The position numbers were made by a program, and so were the translations under genes. Below, piece after piece: positions 33,161 to 41,643 of a stretch of 64,000 nt of DNA (its first letter is position 1; each line of letters opens with the position of its first letter). The notes below the pieces were generated by a model. It was not told where the DNA came from, searched no databases, and saw only the letters and a list, made by a program, of their open reading frames with translations. The DNA is taken from positions 1 to 64,000 of IMG/VR virus record IMGVR_UViG_3300024520_000047. The stretch is one strand, 5' to 3'.

Positions 33161-33319
33161 TTAAATATTCCATACATTGTTGGTCTCTTTGTCCCTACAT
33201 CTGATTCTTTTGACAGAATCTAGAATACTCAAAATGAAGTTATCCATTTCTTGTTCGGTGGCAAACTCTCGTGAGTTTAATTTACCATCTTGGTTTATAT
33301 ATGCTACTCGGTATCTCAT
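33161..33319 (-). CDS. hypothetical protein (52 aa, absent from ORF track)
   Basis: MRYRVAYINQDGKLNSREF...; ATG 4 nt after TATATTTG. Confidence 0.6.
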   Translation of the reverse strand: MRYRVAYINQDGKLNSREFATEQEMDNFILSILDSVKRIRCRDKETNNVWNI

Positions 33320-33323
33320 AATA

Positions 33324-33354
33324 CAAATATAGGTATTTTTTTTAGTTTTACAAA
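33324..33354 (-). promoter_or_regulatory. Bacteroidota sigma promoter
   Basis: TTTG-N19-TATATTTG. Confidence 0.75.
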
Positions 33355-33360
33355 ATTAAT

Positions 33361-33750
33361 TTAAATTTTTTTCCATCTACCATCGGTAAGAAGTATAAAA
33401 GTCCCAACATAAGTTTGAGTCCATTGAGTAGGTCCAATTAAACTCAGAAAAAAAGTAGTAGAAGTTCTTTCATATAAATAATAAGGTTCATTAATCAAAG
33501 GATGAAAATTATAATCTGCATTGTAAATTATTTGAGTCCAGTGATATTCTTCCAATAAAGATTCATACTCCTTTTTAAATTCCGCAAACTTCCCCTCAAA
33601 AAAATTATGTGCTTTATAACTACCTTCCCTTCCCTTTGTTAAAGGAACAAAAGGAGGGGACCCTAAAGAAGTGGGGTAAGGTTTGGTGTGGCTGTCAAAA
33701 CAGTCTTCTTTAGCATTATAAACTACATTATCTGGAATTTCTTTACCCAT
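33361..33750 (-). CDS. DUF2452-like protein
   Basis: PYPTSLGSPPF...IYNADYNFHP...YYLY...FLSLIGP.QW. Confidence 0.75.
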   Translation of the reverse strand: MGKEIPDNVVYNAKEDCFDSHTKPYPTSLGSPPFVPLTKGREGSYKAHNFFEGKFAEFKKEYESLLEEYHWTQIIYNADYNFHPLINEPYYLYERTSTTFFLSLIGPTQWTQTYVGTFILLTDGRWKKI

Positions 33751-33981
33751 TTATTCAAAAATTAATGTTAACAAATGGGTGTAGGAACTATATGGTGTTT
33801 CATCATAAAACCCATCCGAGAAATAACTTTGGGTGTGTGTTACATTTAATTCATATTTATGGTGTATGTATTGTCCAAATCTTAAATGATGTTTATCTCT
33901 TCCATTACCATATTCGTGAATCCAGAATAAATATTCCTTTTCTAACCTCTTTAATGTAAGTTTATTTTCCGCTTTACTCAT
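33751..33981 (-). CDS. hypothetical protein
   Basis: 76-aa ORF with LRFGQ motif. Confidence 0.6.
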   Translation of the reverse strand: MSKAENKLTLKRLEKEYLFWIHEYGNGRDKHHLRFGQYIHHKYELNVTHTQSYFSDGFYDETPYSSYTHLLTLIFE

Positions 33982-34264
33982 CTTTTTTTCTATTTCTTAT
34001 TATTAAATTTCCATCCATTATCACTCTAATTTGAGAATAGGGGTATTCACATTGAAGCCAATCACCACATCCGTATTCATGTTTTAAAGAAATACAAAAC
34101 CTTAATCCTCTTTCATATAAGGGTAACGCTTCTTTATATTTTCTTTGGTAGAAGAGTGTGTCTGCAACATTTATTATTCTGGTGTATTGTTTCACCTCAT
34201 CTAATGATTGTGCAGATGTATTAAATATACCCACCAAAAATAATATAAAACTAATTTTTTTCAT
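33974..34264 (-). CDS. secreted protein with TPR-like helix
   Basis: Signal peptide MKKISFILFLVGIFNTSA-Q; ADTLFYQRKYKEALPLYERG. Confidence 0.6.
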   Translation of the reverse strand: MKKISFILFLVGIFNTSAQSLDEVKQYTRIINVADTLFYQRKYKEALPLYERGLRFCISLKHEYGCGDWLQCEYPYSQIRVIMDGNLIIRNRKKDE

Positions 34265-34276
34265 CTTTGTTTTGGT

Positions 34277-34444
34277 TTAATTGAGTCTTTCTTTAGTTAT
34301 TGTTGTTATAAATCTTATAAAGTCACTAGCTAACCATAAATCTAATCTATTCTCCCCACATATCCTCATTGAAGTTTTAGTTCGTTTTAAAAACCGTTCA
34401 CCTCTAGTATTCTTTACAAATGTTTCAAATTCTTCTTTACTCAT
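34277..34444 (-). CDS. hypothetical protein (55 aa, absent from ORF track)
   Basis: MSKEEFETFVK...KERLN*; stops at the first TAA of a junction element. Confidence 0.65.
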   Translation of the reverse strand: MSKEEFETFVKNTRGERFLKRTKTSMRICGENRLDLWLASDFIRFITTITKERLN

Positions 34445-34688
34445 CTTCTTTTTGGTTTAATTCTAATTCTCTGAATCTAAATTGTTTACTTGGGTAATCA
34501 TCTAATTCTACCCAATTAAATCTACCATTAAAATACAACCATCCTTTCTTACCAATATACTGTTCATCATGTTCGGTTACATCATCGTTAATGGTTACAC
34601 GTTTTCTCATTTTGTATATTGGTTTCATCACAACATCAAGGACTTCCCATCCGTTTTGTGTTATATCACCTTTTTTGTAATTACTCAT
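34437..34688 (-). CDS. hypothetical protein
   Basis: 83 aa, ends LNQKEDE* in junction element. Confidence 0.7.
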   Translation of the reverse strand: MSNYKKGDITQNGWEVLDVVMKPIYKMRKRVTINDDVTEHDEQYIGKKGWLYFNGRFNWVELDDYPSKQFRFRELELNQKEDE

Positions 34689-34860
34689 CTTTGTTTTGGT
34701 TTAATTCTTCTACAACTTTATTATAGAATTCATTATCTGATTCTATTTTCTGTTTGAACTCATCAAATGAATGTAAGTAAGTTCCTGGTGGTGTTGCTGG
34801 TAACCAATTGAATCCCCATTTCATTAATGCCTGTTCATATAGTTTTTCTAATTTACTCAT
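34681..34860 (-). CDS. hypothetical protein (59 aa, absent from ORF track)
   Basis: MSKLEKLYEQALMKWG...EELNQNKDE*; junction elements at both ends. Confidence 0.7.
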   Translation of the reverse strand: MSKLEKLYEQALMKWGFNWLPATPPGTYLHSFDEFKQKIESDNEFYNKVVEELNQNKDE

Positions 34861-34880
34861 CTTCTTTTGGTTTTAATGGT

Positions 34881-35447
34881 TTAACATTCTAGAATATATT
34901 TAAACTTACCGAATGCGTTTTTAATGTGGGATTTAGGTACCCAAAACTCTAGTTCCCCAATTTCATCAATCTTTTCTTTAAGGTGTTTGTTGAACTCTGC
35001 GATGTCTGCTTGAGTAGTTGGTCTTTTGATTCCCATATATTTTGCACATACAGGGCCAATTCCACTGGCTTTGGAAACCCAATCAGTTAGGTCTTTACCA
35101 CAACACCTACAACATCCCACATCTGTGAATGTCATCTTACCTTTTACTTTTACTGCTCTTTGAGTCAGTCCCACCACTTGGTGGATAGTAACAGTAATAG
35201 GGGTTATCTTTTCCAACCCATACTCTTCCGAGATTCCACGTGCCACATATCTTTTTAACACCACATCTATATTAACAGTGATGGGTTTGAAGACATCTTT
35301 TTTCTTTGGGGTGAAGAATTTCTTAATGGCATCCATTTGTCTAGGAGTTAAACTTCCCCATTTAGTGTAACCTGCTTTAACAGAATTAACAAATCCGTTA
35401 GGTCCTTCGTAGGAAGTCAATTTTTGTATGGTTTGTTGGTCAGTCAT
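34881..35447 (-). CDS. DUF6011-like zinc-finger protein
   Basis: CRCCGKDLTDWVSKASGIGPVC. Confidence 0.75.
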   Translation of the reverse strand: MTDQQTIQKLTSYEGPNGFVNSVKAGYTKWGSLTPRQMDAIKKFFTPKKKDVFKPITVNIDVVLKRYVARGISEEYGLEKITPITVTIHQVVGLTQRAVKVKGKMTFTDVGCCRCCGKDLTDWVSKASGIGPVCAKYMGIKRPTTQADIAEFNKHLKEKIDEIGELEFWVPKSHIKNAFGKFKYILEC

Positions 35448-35479
35448 GATTATCTATTTTTAAGTGTTATTGTATAATA

Positions 35480-35511
35480 CAAAGATAAGTAAAAATAATT
35501 GAAACTACAAA
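35480..35511 (-). promoter_or_regulatory. Bacteroidota sigma promoter
   Basis: TTTG-N20-TATCTTTG. Confidence 0.75.
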
Positions 35512-35516
35512 CTTAA

Positions 35517-35900
35517 TTAAACATTTTTTACTTTAGAAAATGTTAACCTCTTAATAAAAATTTTCTGCTTAGAAATCCCCAATAATTTGATTTCGTGGTG
35601 TAGAATATTACGGGCGATACTCCACTTAAACTGATTCTTTTTTTTATTTTGTTCGTAAAGAGTATCGTAATGACTTCTTAACTCCTCATCTAAAGTTCTG
35701 TCATAAAATCTGCCATCCCCTACAATACTTATATTAATGTATATAGACCCCCACGTCTTAACTTGTAATGAAGTAACTTTCAAGGTAACTTTATTATCTT
35801 TAAAATGTGGCGACTCTATGTTTTCTCTCCATTCTAAGATAGTTCCTTTTCCTATCAGACTTTCTATTAATGTATTATATTTGGGATGGTCTCTATTCAT
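35517..35900 (-). CDS. hypothetical protein
   Basis: 127 aa; ATG 4 nt after -7 box. Confidence 0.65.
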   Translation of the reverse strand: MNRDHPKYNTLIESLIGKGTILEWRENIESPHFKDNKVTLKVTSLQVKTWGSIYINISIVGDGRFYDRTLDEELRSHYDTLYEQNKKKNQFKWSIARNILHHEIKLLGISKQKIFIKRLTFSKVKNV

Positions 35901-35904
35901 AATA

Positions 35905-35936
35905 CAAAGATAATAAAATTATTATTAACCACCAAA
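35905..35936 (-). promoter_or_regulatory. Bacteroidota sigma promoter
   Basis: TTTG-N20-TATCTTTG. Confidence 0.7.
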
Positions 35937-36407
35937 ATAAATTAGATTTATTAAATAATAAATCATATAAATAGAAAATACTAATTTAAGAAAAGTTCCC
36001 AAAATAAACCCTAAAAATGCACCTATAGCAATTTTCAAAGCTTTACTGTCTTCACCAACCTCAGTACGAGCACCTATAAAAGCACCTATAAAAGCACCAA
36101 GTAAAATACCTATAGGGGTAAAAAATATCCCAATTAAAATACCAACAATTGTACCTTTAATAGCCGCCTTACCACCCCCCATTTTTTTAACACCCCATAT
36201 TTGGATATAATAATCCAATAAAAATATGGTTACGGTAATACCACCCATAACCCACATATCTGTAGGTAAAAATGGTGTATCTGTCATCCAGTAAAGTACT
36301 AATGCTCCACAATATGTTAAAAGTGGACCCGGAATAATGGGTATAAGGGAACCAATTACCCCACCCAATAATAAAATAGCTGATAATATATATGCAATTT
36401 CATCCAT
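35925..36407 (-). CDS. DUF456-family membrane protein
   Basis: GSLIPIIPGPLL, KKMGGGKAAIKG, Gly-rich GAFIGAFIG helices. Confidence 0.85.
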   Translation of the reverse strand: MDEIAYILSAILLLGGVIGSLIPIIPGPLLTYCGALVLYWMTDTPFLPTDMWVMGGITVTIFLLDYYIQIWGVKKMGGGKAAIKGTIVGILIGIFFTPIGILLGAFIGAFIGARTEVGEDSKALKIAIGAFLGFILGTFLKLVFSIYMIYYLINLIYFGG

Positions 36408-36467
36408 ACCCTAATGTAAGAAATATTTATTAATAAAAAAAGTAAAGAAAAAAATATATTTTACAAT

Positions 36468-36917
36468 ATGCGAAAGTTAATCTATAATATTAAAATGTTA
36501 AAAATAATACAAGAAATGGTAGAACTAGAAGAAAAACAATATGCTGGAGTACTAATAAAAGTAAAAAATAAATTTCTATTATGTAAAAGGTCCCCAAATG
36601 CTGGAAAATACCCGAACATCTGGTCTATACCTTCAGGACATGTAGACTCAGGTGAAAGAACTAAAGAAGCCGCAATAAGAGAATTAGCGGAAGAAACCGA
36701 AATAAAAATAAAAGATTGTACACTATTAAGTATTGCAAGAGATGCTGGTAGAAAAAATGGTAAACCCGGAAATATGTTTATTTATCTGAAAGAATTGAAT
36801 AGTGAGGTGGAACCAGTAATAGACCAAGAACATAGTGAATGGGGTTACTTCACTAAAAATAACCTTCCATCACCTATGTGGGATGAAATTTCTAAATTAG
36901 TAATTAATTTAAGTTAG
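36468..36917 (+). CDS. NUDIX hydrolase
   Basis: Nudix box GHVDSGERTKEAAIRELAEETEI. Confidence 0.9.
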   Translation: MRKLIYNIKMLKIIQEMVELEEKQYAGVLIKVKNKFLLCKRSPNAGKYPNIWSIPSGHVDSGERTKEAAIRELAEETEIKIKDCTLLSIARDAGRKNGKPGNMFIYLKELNSEVEPVIDQEHSEWGYFTKNNLPSPMWDEISKLVINLS

Positions 36918-37389
36918 CGTATAAATCTATAAGTAAATTTAAAGTATGGTTATATACCCACGATTGATTGTGGTTACTGCTACTAAAACTATGTGCTGTA
37001 TCAAATCCAACTACCCAGTATTTACCACTAGGTAAGTCCCATTCATTTACCCCTAATTCATTTGCCCATTGACTGTATGTAACCCCACCCGGCACTGCAC
37101 CAGTATCACTCAACTGTATATCATTATATGGAATACCATATAAAGGATGATTGTCAGTTAAAAATACATACCCATTTCCCCACCCATGAGTATCACCCGA
37201 TGGTAACCACGTATTCTTTACTAAAGAAATGGGAAGTTCTACAATTCCTTCGGATTCAGCTTTTTTTAATATGCTTTTAATTTGAATATTATCGGTGATT
37301 CCCAATAATTTGAAATATGCGAGTCCATTAATTCCTTTCTCTTTAAGAAAAGAGAATGCTTTTTCTATTGTAGAGTTATACTTCTTCAT
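36904..37389 (-). CDS. phage hypothetical protein
   Basis: GWGNGYV...HPLYG...GGVTY...GFDTAH motif string. Confidence 0.7.
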   Translation of the reverse strand: MKKYNSTIEKAFSFLKEKGINGLAYFKLLGITDNIQIKSILKKAESEGIVELPISLVKNTWLPSGDTHGWGNGYVFLTDNHPLYGIPYNDIQLSDTGAVPGGVTYSQWANELGVNEWDLPSGKYWVVGFDTAHSFSSSNHNQSWVYNHTLNLLIDLYANLN

Positions 37390-37741
37390 TACGTGGCACT
37401 AAATAAATAGTCTTTAGTTGGAGATTTTTTCTTCCATTAATTCCCCACAGTTTTACCCATGATTCTACTTCCTGTCGAATACCTGTATTTCCTCTACGTA
37501 AAAAATTACGAATGGCACGTGGTCCGTATTCATGTAGGTCTAACCAAACCCCATCTCTAGATTGGACTTCTGATTTAACCCTAATGACTACATCATACTC
37601 TGCCATCCACCCTGCTCGTTCTCGACTTGGTGGGGTTACTCTCATTACTCTCACTTCTGTATTCCTAATAAAATTTTCTTCTCTATCTTTAGGTTTAAGG
37701 ACTCGTGCTTTTAATTTTTTATTTAGTTCTCTGTTTGTCAT
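37376..37741 (-). CDS. hypothetical protein
   Basis: 121 aa; ATG 4 nt after -7 box. Confidence 0.65.
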   Translation of the reverse strand: MTNRELNKKLKARVLKPKDREENFIRNTEVRVMRVTPPSRERAGWMAEYDVVIRVKSEVQSRDGVWLDLHEYGPRAIRNFLRRGNTGIRQEVESWVKLWGINGRKNLQLKTIYLVPRNEEV

Positions 37742-37745
37742 AGTA

Positions 37746-37777
37746 CAAAGATAATAAAAAATATTAAGTTTACCAAA
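37746..37777 (-). promoter_or_regulatory. Bacteroidota sigma promoter
   Basis: TTTG-N20-TATCTTTG. Confidence 0.75.
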
Positions 37778-38533
37778 TTATTTTTCAGCTCTTTTTGGGT
37801 AGGGTTTTATTAAATGACTAATTTGTTTCTCTAAATATTTCTTGTTAGTTTTACTTCCACGGAAATAAAAATATCTGTGTTTATTATATTGGGGTATAAA
37901 CTCCGCTTCAGGAAAAGCTTTTAAAATGTCTTCCTTTTTCTGAGACCCTAATTTACTTCTCATCGCGCGAGCACCATATATCTTCCCATTAATCTTAACA
38001 CCAAACCTGTCTTTAGGTTTACTTTTAACTTTAGGGTTGGACTCCCTCATACTACCAATATAAGTAAAATTACATGACTGGTATATTGTTCCAATCTCTC
38101 CTGCCGCTGGGTCAATTGTGGCAGTTATAACATCATAGTGGAATGGAAGTTGTTTAATGCTTTCCATAATTAATTTACTACCACTATGTGGATGTGCCCA
38201 ATGAACACAGACACCTCTACTAAGAAGTATAATTCTTCCAGTATAGTTATATTTGTCCCATTTACCCAAATTCTCAATGTAGTCTTTGGAAAATACAGTT
38301 ACTCCCGCACACACCCCATCATAAAAAATACCAAAAAAATAAAGAGAAATAGCAGGCATACAACCCAACCATTCATACTCTTCTACTATCTGAGTAGCTA
38401 ATTTTCTATCTATAGGTTTAACAATAGCATTAGAGATGTCTCTATTAATTGGTGGTATTTCCCCCTCTAATTCTTTCTGCTCCCTAATCTTTCGTTGGTG
38501 GGCTTTTCCTATGGGCAATATAATATTAGACAT
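37778..38533 (-). CDS. Mom-like GNAT-fold putative DNA-modification protein
   Basis: ILLSRGVC..., DPAAGEIGTIYQSCNFTYIG, KHRYFYF resemble Mu Mom D...G.G.VYQASNF.Y.G and HRY. Confidence 0.7.
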   Translation of the reverse strand: MSNIILPIGKAHQRKIREQKELEGEIPPINRDISNAIVKPIDRKLATQIVEEYEWLGCMPAISLYFFGIFYDGVCAGVTVFSKDYIENLGKWDKYNYTGRIILLSRGVCVHWAHPHSGSKLIMESIKQLPFHYDVITATIDPAAGEIGTIYQSCNFTYIGSMRESNPKVKSKPKDRFGVKINGKIYGARAMRSKLGSQKKEDILKAFPEAEFIPQYNKHRYFYFRGSKTNKKYLEKQISHLIKPYPKRAEK

Positions 38534-38906
38534 TGTTTTTACTGAGAACTTTTTTAAGGTACTTATGTTTACCTACAAATTTAATATAAGGAATTTTCCA
38601 TTCGTTACTAGTGTCACATCTACAAACATTTTCCCATATACTCCGCACTATACTACTCCTTCTATCATCCAACCCCCAGATATTTTTCATTTGTAATAAA
38701 TGATTCATTCCTTCTTGGTACAAATAACTCCCCCCATCTTTCCATATTACATCCTTGGATGGTTCCTTATCCTTCAGTTGGTAAAGTTTATTGGTGACAT
38801 AATTGAAAAGGATTTCATTACGGTGAAACGTATCATAGTTAGCGGTATCATATTCACCACCCTGATTAGGATAATTTTTATAGGGATTAAGGATTTTTAA
38901 TTGCAT
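38526..38906 (-). CDS. hypothetical protein
   Basis: 126-aa ORF. Confidence 0.55.
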   Translation of the reverse strand: MQLKILNPYKNYPNQGGEYDTANYDTFHRNEILFNYVTNKLYQLKDKEPSKDVIWKDGGSYLYQEGMNHLLQMKNIWGLDDRRSSIVRSIWENVCRCDTSNEWKIPYIKFVGKHKYLKKVLSKNNV

Positions 38907-38935
38907 AATACCAATTATACGAAATTTTAAGTAAT

Positions 38936-38965
38936 AAAAAAACCCCTAACCGAAATTAGGGGTTT
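38936..38965 (-). terminator. intrinsic terminator
   Basis: AAACCCCTAA-TTTCGG-TTAGGGGTTT followed by T-run on minus strand. Confidence 0.85.
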
Positions 38966-38970
38966 AAGAC

Positions 38971-39209
38971 TGGAAGGGGGTCGTTTTACATTTGATTGTT
39001 TGTATAAAGAGTGCTGTAGCCTTCCATTTTCTTTCAATATAATAAGTATCGGAATCAATGTTCCATCCTTTTATTTACTTAGAGGTGGGAACTAAGAAGT
39101 TTTTTACTAGTCCTTACGCTAGAAGTCTCTCAATTTTATTTGTTCATAAAGGTGTTTTAACTCCGTGTTTCACCTCTCTCTTTTATATAAAGAGTGCCGT
39201 AACGATTCC
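38971..39209 (-). ncRNA. two candidate stem-closed small RNAs downstream of TROVE/vWA-like gene
   Basis: Closing stems GGAATCG/TGATTCC (39051-39209) and TGGAAGG/CCTTCCA (38971-39026), each followed by TACRGCACTCTTTATA. Confidence 0.55.
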
Positions 39210-39221
39210 TTGGTTACTTAA

Positions 39222-40655
39222 TTATATTGTGATGGCTTCATATCGAGGTGAGTCGATAGTCTCCATCATTACTTCATAAGGTGTAATATTCTTACAACTT
39301 AAAATGCTCCTCATGATTGAAGGGGAGAAACCTGACACAAGTGCCGTTCCGCTCTCGTCGAAACGAGTTGGACAATTATCGTTCCTACTCTGGATATTCC
39401 AGTAAACGATATCGGGTATTGTGTACCCAGCTTTCTCATACATTCCTTTAATCATTTGTTGTGCAGTTGGGTTCCACTCAGAGACAGAGTCCCAGTGAGA
39501 GGAGGTTGCTTCGTCAAACTCCATGTCCGAAAGAATAAGAAGTTTGGTAGGCATTTCATCCACAGGAACGTCATGTTTAACTGCTTGGTCTAGAATGAGT
39601 TTAAAGGCCTTTTGAAGGTCAGTACTCATTGCCCAGTCTGCACTTTTCAGTTGACTTAACCTGTCAACTAGAGGTCCGTTTAATACCTGTAGACTAGGAT
39701 TACTGGAGAAAGTAAGGAACGTATCTTTAAATACACCTTCATTTCTTTCAGAAATATACAGTCCCAAAGAGACTGCTACATCCATACAAGTAAGATTGGG
39801 GTTGTTCCCCGCACTACATCCCATGGACCCAGATACATCTACTATAGGTAGTATACGGTCGGTTGAATCTTCCATATAATTAGGAAGAGACTCCCACTGT
39901 GCTTGTGACACAGTATTATCACCATTGAACTGAAGAGATTTAACCACATCATAAGGGTAGAGAGCTCCAGCGTTAACTGTAGTTTCTCCGTTCTCAAGAG
40001 CTAGTTTGAATTCCTCATACCTTTTGGTATCATTCTTTAAGAATGCTCGTTGGTACCTAGATGAGGCCAAGGATGGTAGTTTCGAATAATCGATACTAGA
40101 CCAATCCTTAGAACACATAGGTGTTTCCACCACATTGGTTAACCTAACCAATAACTTTCGATATTGTTTAGGTGTAACCCCTAAGTACTTACGAATGATA
40201 TTAGCTTTCACACCTTTACGTGGCATCCATTTTGCACATAACCCATCTTCGTTAAGAAGAGCGAGACGTACACATTCTAAAGCTACTTCCCAGCAGGTTG
40301 TAGACTTTGCTAATGTCAGAATATCATCCCATCTCCCATATTCACTAATTAAGTGAACATTTTTTTTCAGGGTGGTAGGATGTGTTTCTGCTAACCATGT
40401 AATGATATCCCTAAAGATTTGTCTTTCCCCGGCACCTCCACGGACATCACGTGCCCAGAAGAGAATTTTCATAGCGGTAAGACTATCTTCAGTGAAAGCC
40501 TTGGAAAACTTGGAAATTAATCTTTGTTTATCCTGTCCTCGTAATGCTCCAACTTGGAAAAACAGATTAACACACTCATTCAATGTAGTAGAATTTGTGG
40601 TCATTCCGTTCTCGGTTAGAGTATCTTGGGTTTGTATGGCTTCAACTAAATTCAT
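39222..40655 (-). CDS. DUF2828-family TROVE-like + vWA domain protein
   Basis: TENG, LFWARDVRGGAGER, EYGRWDD, AKWMPRK, MIDAS DVSGSM, LILSDMEFD, YWN. Confidence 0.9.
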   Translation of the reverse strand: MNLVEAIQTQDTLTENGMTTNSTTLNECVNLFFQVGALRGQDKQRLISKFSKAFTEDSLTAMKILFWARDVRGGAGERQIFRDIITWLAETHPTTLKKNVHLISEYGRWDDILTLAKSTTCWEVALECVRLALLNEDGLCAKWMPRKGVKANIIRKYLGVTPKQYRKLLVRLTNVVETPMCSKDWSSIDYSKLPSLASSRYQRAFLKNDTKRYEEFKLALENGETTVNAGALYPYDVVKSLQFNGDNTVSQAQWESLPNYMEDSTDRILPIVDVSGSMGCSAGNNPNLTCMDVAVSLGLYISERNEGVFKDTFLTFSSNPSLQVLNGPLVDRLSQLKSADWAMSTDLQKAFKLILDQAVKHDVPVDEMPTKLLILSDMEFDEATSSHWDSVSEWNPTAQQMIKGMYEKAGYTIPDIVYWNIQSRNDNCPTRFDESGTALVSGFSPSIMRSILSCKNITPYEVMMETIDSPRYEAITI

Positions 40656-40733
40656 AGGTAATAATATTTTTAATTTCTTTTAATTTTTAAAACGTTCTTA
40701 AAGTATACGAAAAAAAGTGGGGATGTCAACACC

Positions 40734-40967
40734 CTATACCAACTTTTTTTTATTTTGTGTTTCATAATCTCCAAAATGTGTAAAGAGATTATCTAATTTA
40801 TCTGTCGCACTTGATAATTTTTCTAGAGCGGTCATTGCTTCTTCAACCTGTTGGGGATGTTCACCTATCCCTACACTATTGGTCATATAATTATTAATTG
40901 TAAAAAGAGCTTCTGCCTTTTCTGCTTCACATTGTGTCTTCAATGCATTATACATTAATTTTTCCAT
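40734..40967 (-). CDS. phage hypothetical protein
   Basis: NSVGIGEHP motif, helical. Confidence 0.75.
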   Translation of the reverse strand: MEKLMYNALKTQCEAEKAEALFTINNYMTNSVGIGEHPQQVEEAMTALEKLSSATDKLDNLFTHFGDYETQNKKKLV

Positions 40968-40982
40968 TTTTTTTATTTTACT

Positions 40983-41342
40983 TTAGTTCGGTAAACCCAC
41001 TCTTTCCCAGTCAAATTTTTCAAATCCTTCATTACGTTTTAGTGAGACTGAATGTGCTTTAAGTTTATTTTCTTCATCGTTAATAAGAACTCTTCCAGTA
41101 TCAGCATACCCCATAAGTAAAATATCAAATGGAATACCTAGACGTGTAAGTTCCCTTTCGGTTGTCTCTCTTAAGTTTTCTCTTCGTCCTGTTATTAGAA
41201 TAATTCTACACCCCATAGTCTCCCACTTATTAAGTTTTTCGACTACTCCGGGTAATATATCATGAGAGGCGGCAACTATACCCGCGGTATCTCTTTTATA
41301 AAAAACTATAGTCCCATCTATATCACAAATTATTGTCTTCAT
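40983..41342 (-). CDS. HAD-superfamily phosphatase-like protein
   Basis: ICDIDGT (DxD), ITGR, LINDE. Confidence 0.85.
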   Translation of the reverse strand: MKTIICDIDGTIVFYKRDTAGIVAASHDILPGVVEKLNKWETMGCRIILITGRRENLRETTERELTRLGIPFDILLMGYADTGRVLINDEENKLKAHSVSLKRNEGFEKFDWERVGLPN

Positions 41343-41347
41343 ATAAT

Positions 41348-41563
41348 TTATTTAATGTATTGGGTAATTTTTTCTTTCAAGGAATTCTGCATTCGACCTG
41401 TTTTATTTAAAAATTCATATACCGGGTAAGAATATTCCTTACAAATATTCTCAGGTAAACAATTTACTTCATATATGGTTTCACCATCCTCGCTAATATA
41501 ATATTCCACAATACTCATAGGATAGTGTATGGCTGATAAAAAGGTACGAGAGTTTTTTTTCAT
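41348..41563 (-). CDS. hypothetical protein
   Basis: 71-aa ORF. Confidence 0.5.
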   Translation of the reverse strand: MKKNSRTFLSAIHYPMSIVEYYISEDGETIYEVNCLPENICKEYSYPVYEFLNKTGRMQNSLKEKITQYIK

Positions 41564-41643
41564 GTTATTTAATTTTTTTTAAGTTATTAACAAATTAATT
41601 GTAAGTAAAAAAAATTAAATAAACAATATAAATGAAAAAATAA

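Larger units (their letters stand above)
32674..34876 (-). repeat. gene-junction element cluster 3 (6 copies)
   Basis: 32674-32695, 33016-33039, 34261-34280, 34437-34460, 34681-34704 (perfect), 34853-34876. Confidence 0.9.

Noticed and set aside
57-34876. Junction repeats as a CRISPR array
   Set aside because: Spacing is irregular (about 140-1200 nt within clusters), intervening DNA is protein-coding, the repeat is not palindromic, and no cas genes are seen
40702-40729. E. coli-type TTGACA-N16-TATACT upstream of the TROVE/vWA gene (minus strand)
   Set aside because: Single instance, suboptimal spacing and not the Bacteroidota consensus used elsewhere; may be chance in AT-rich DNA
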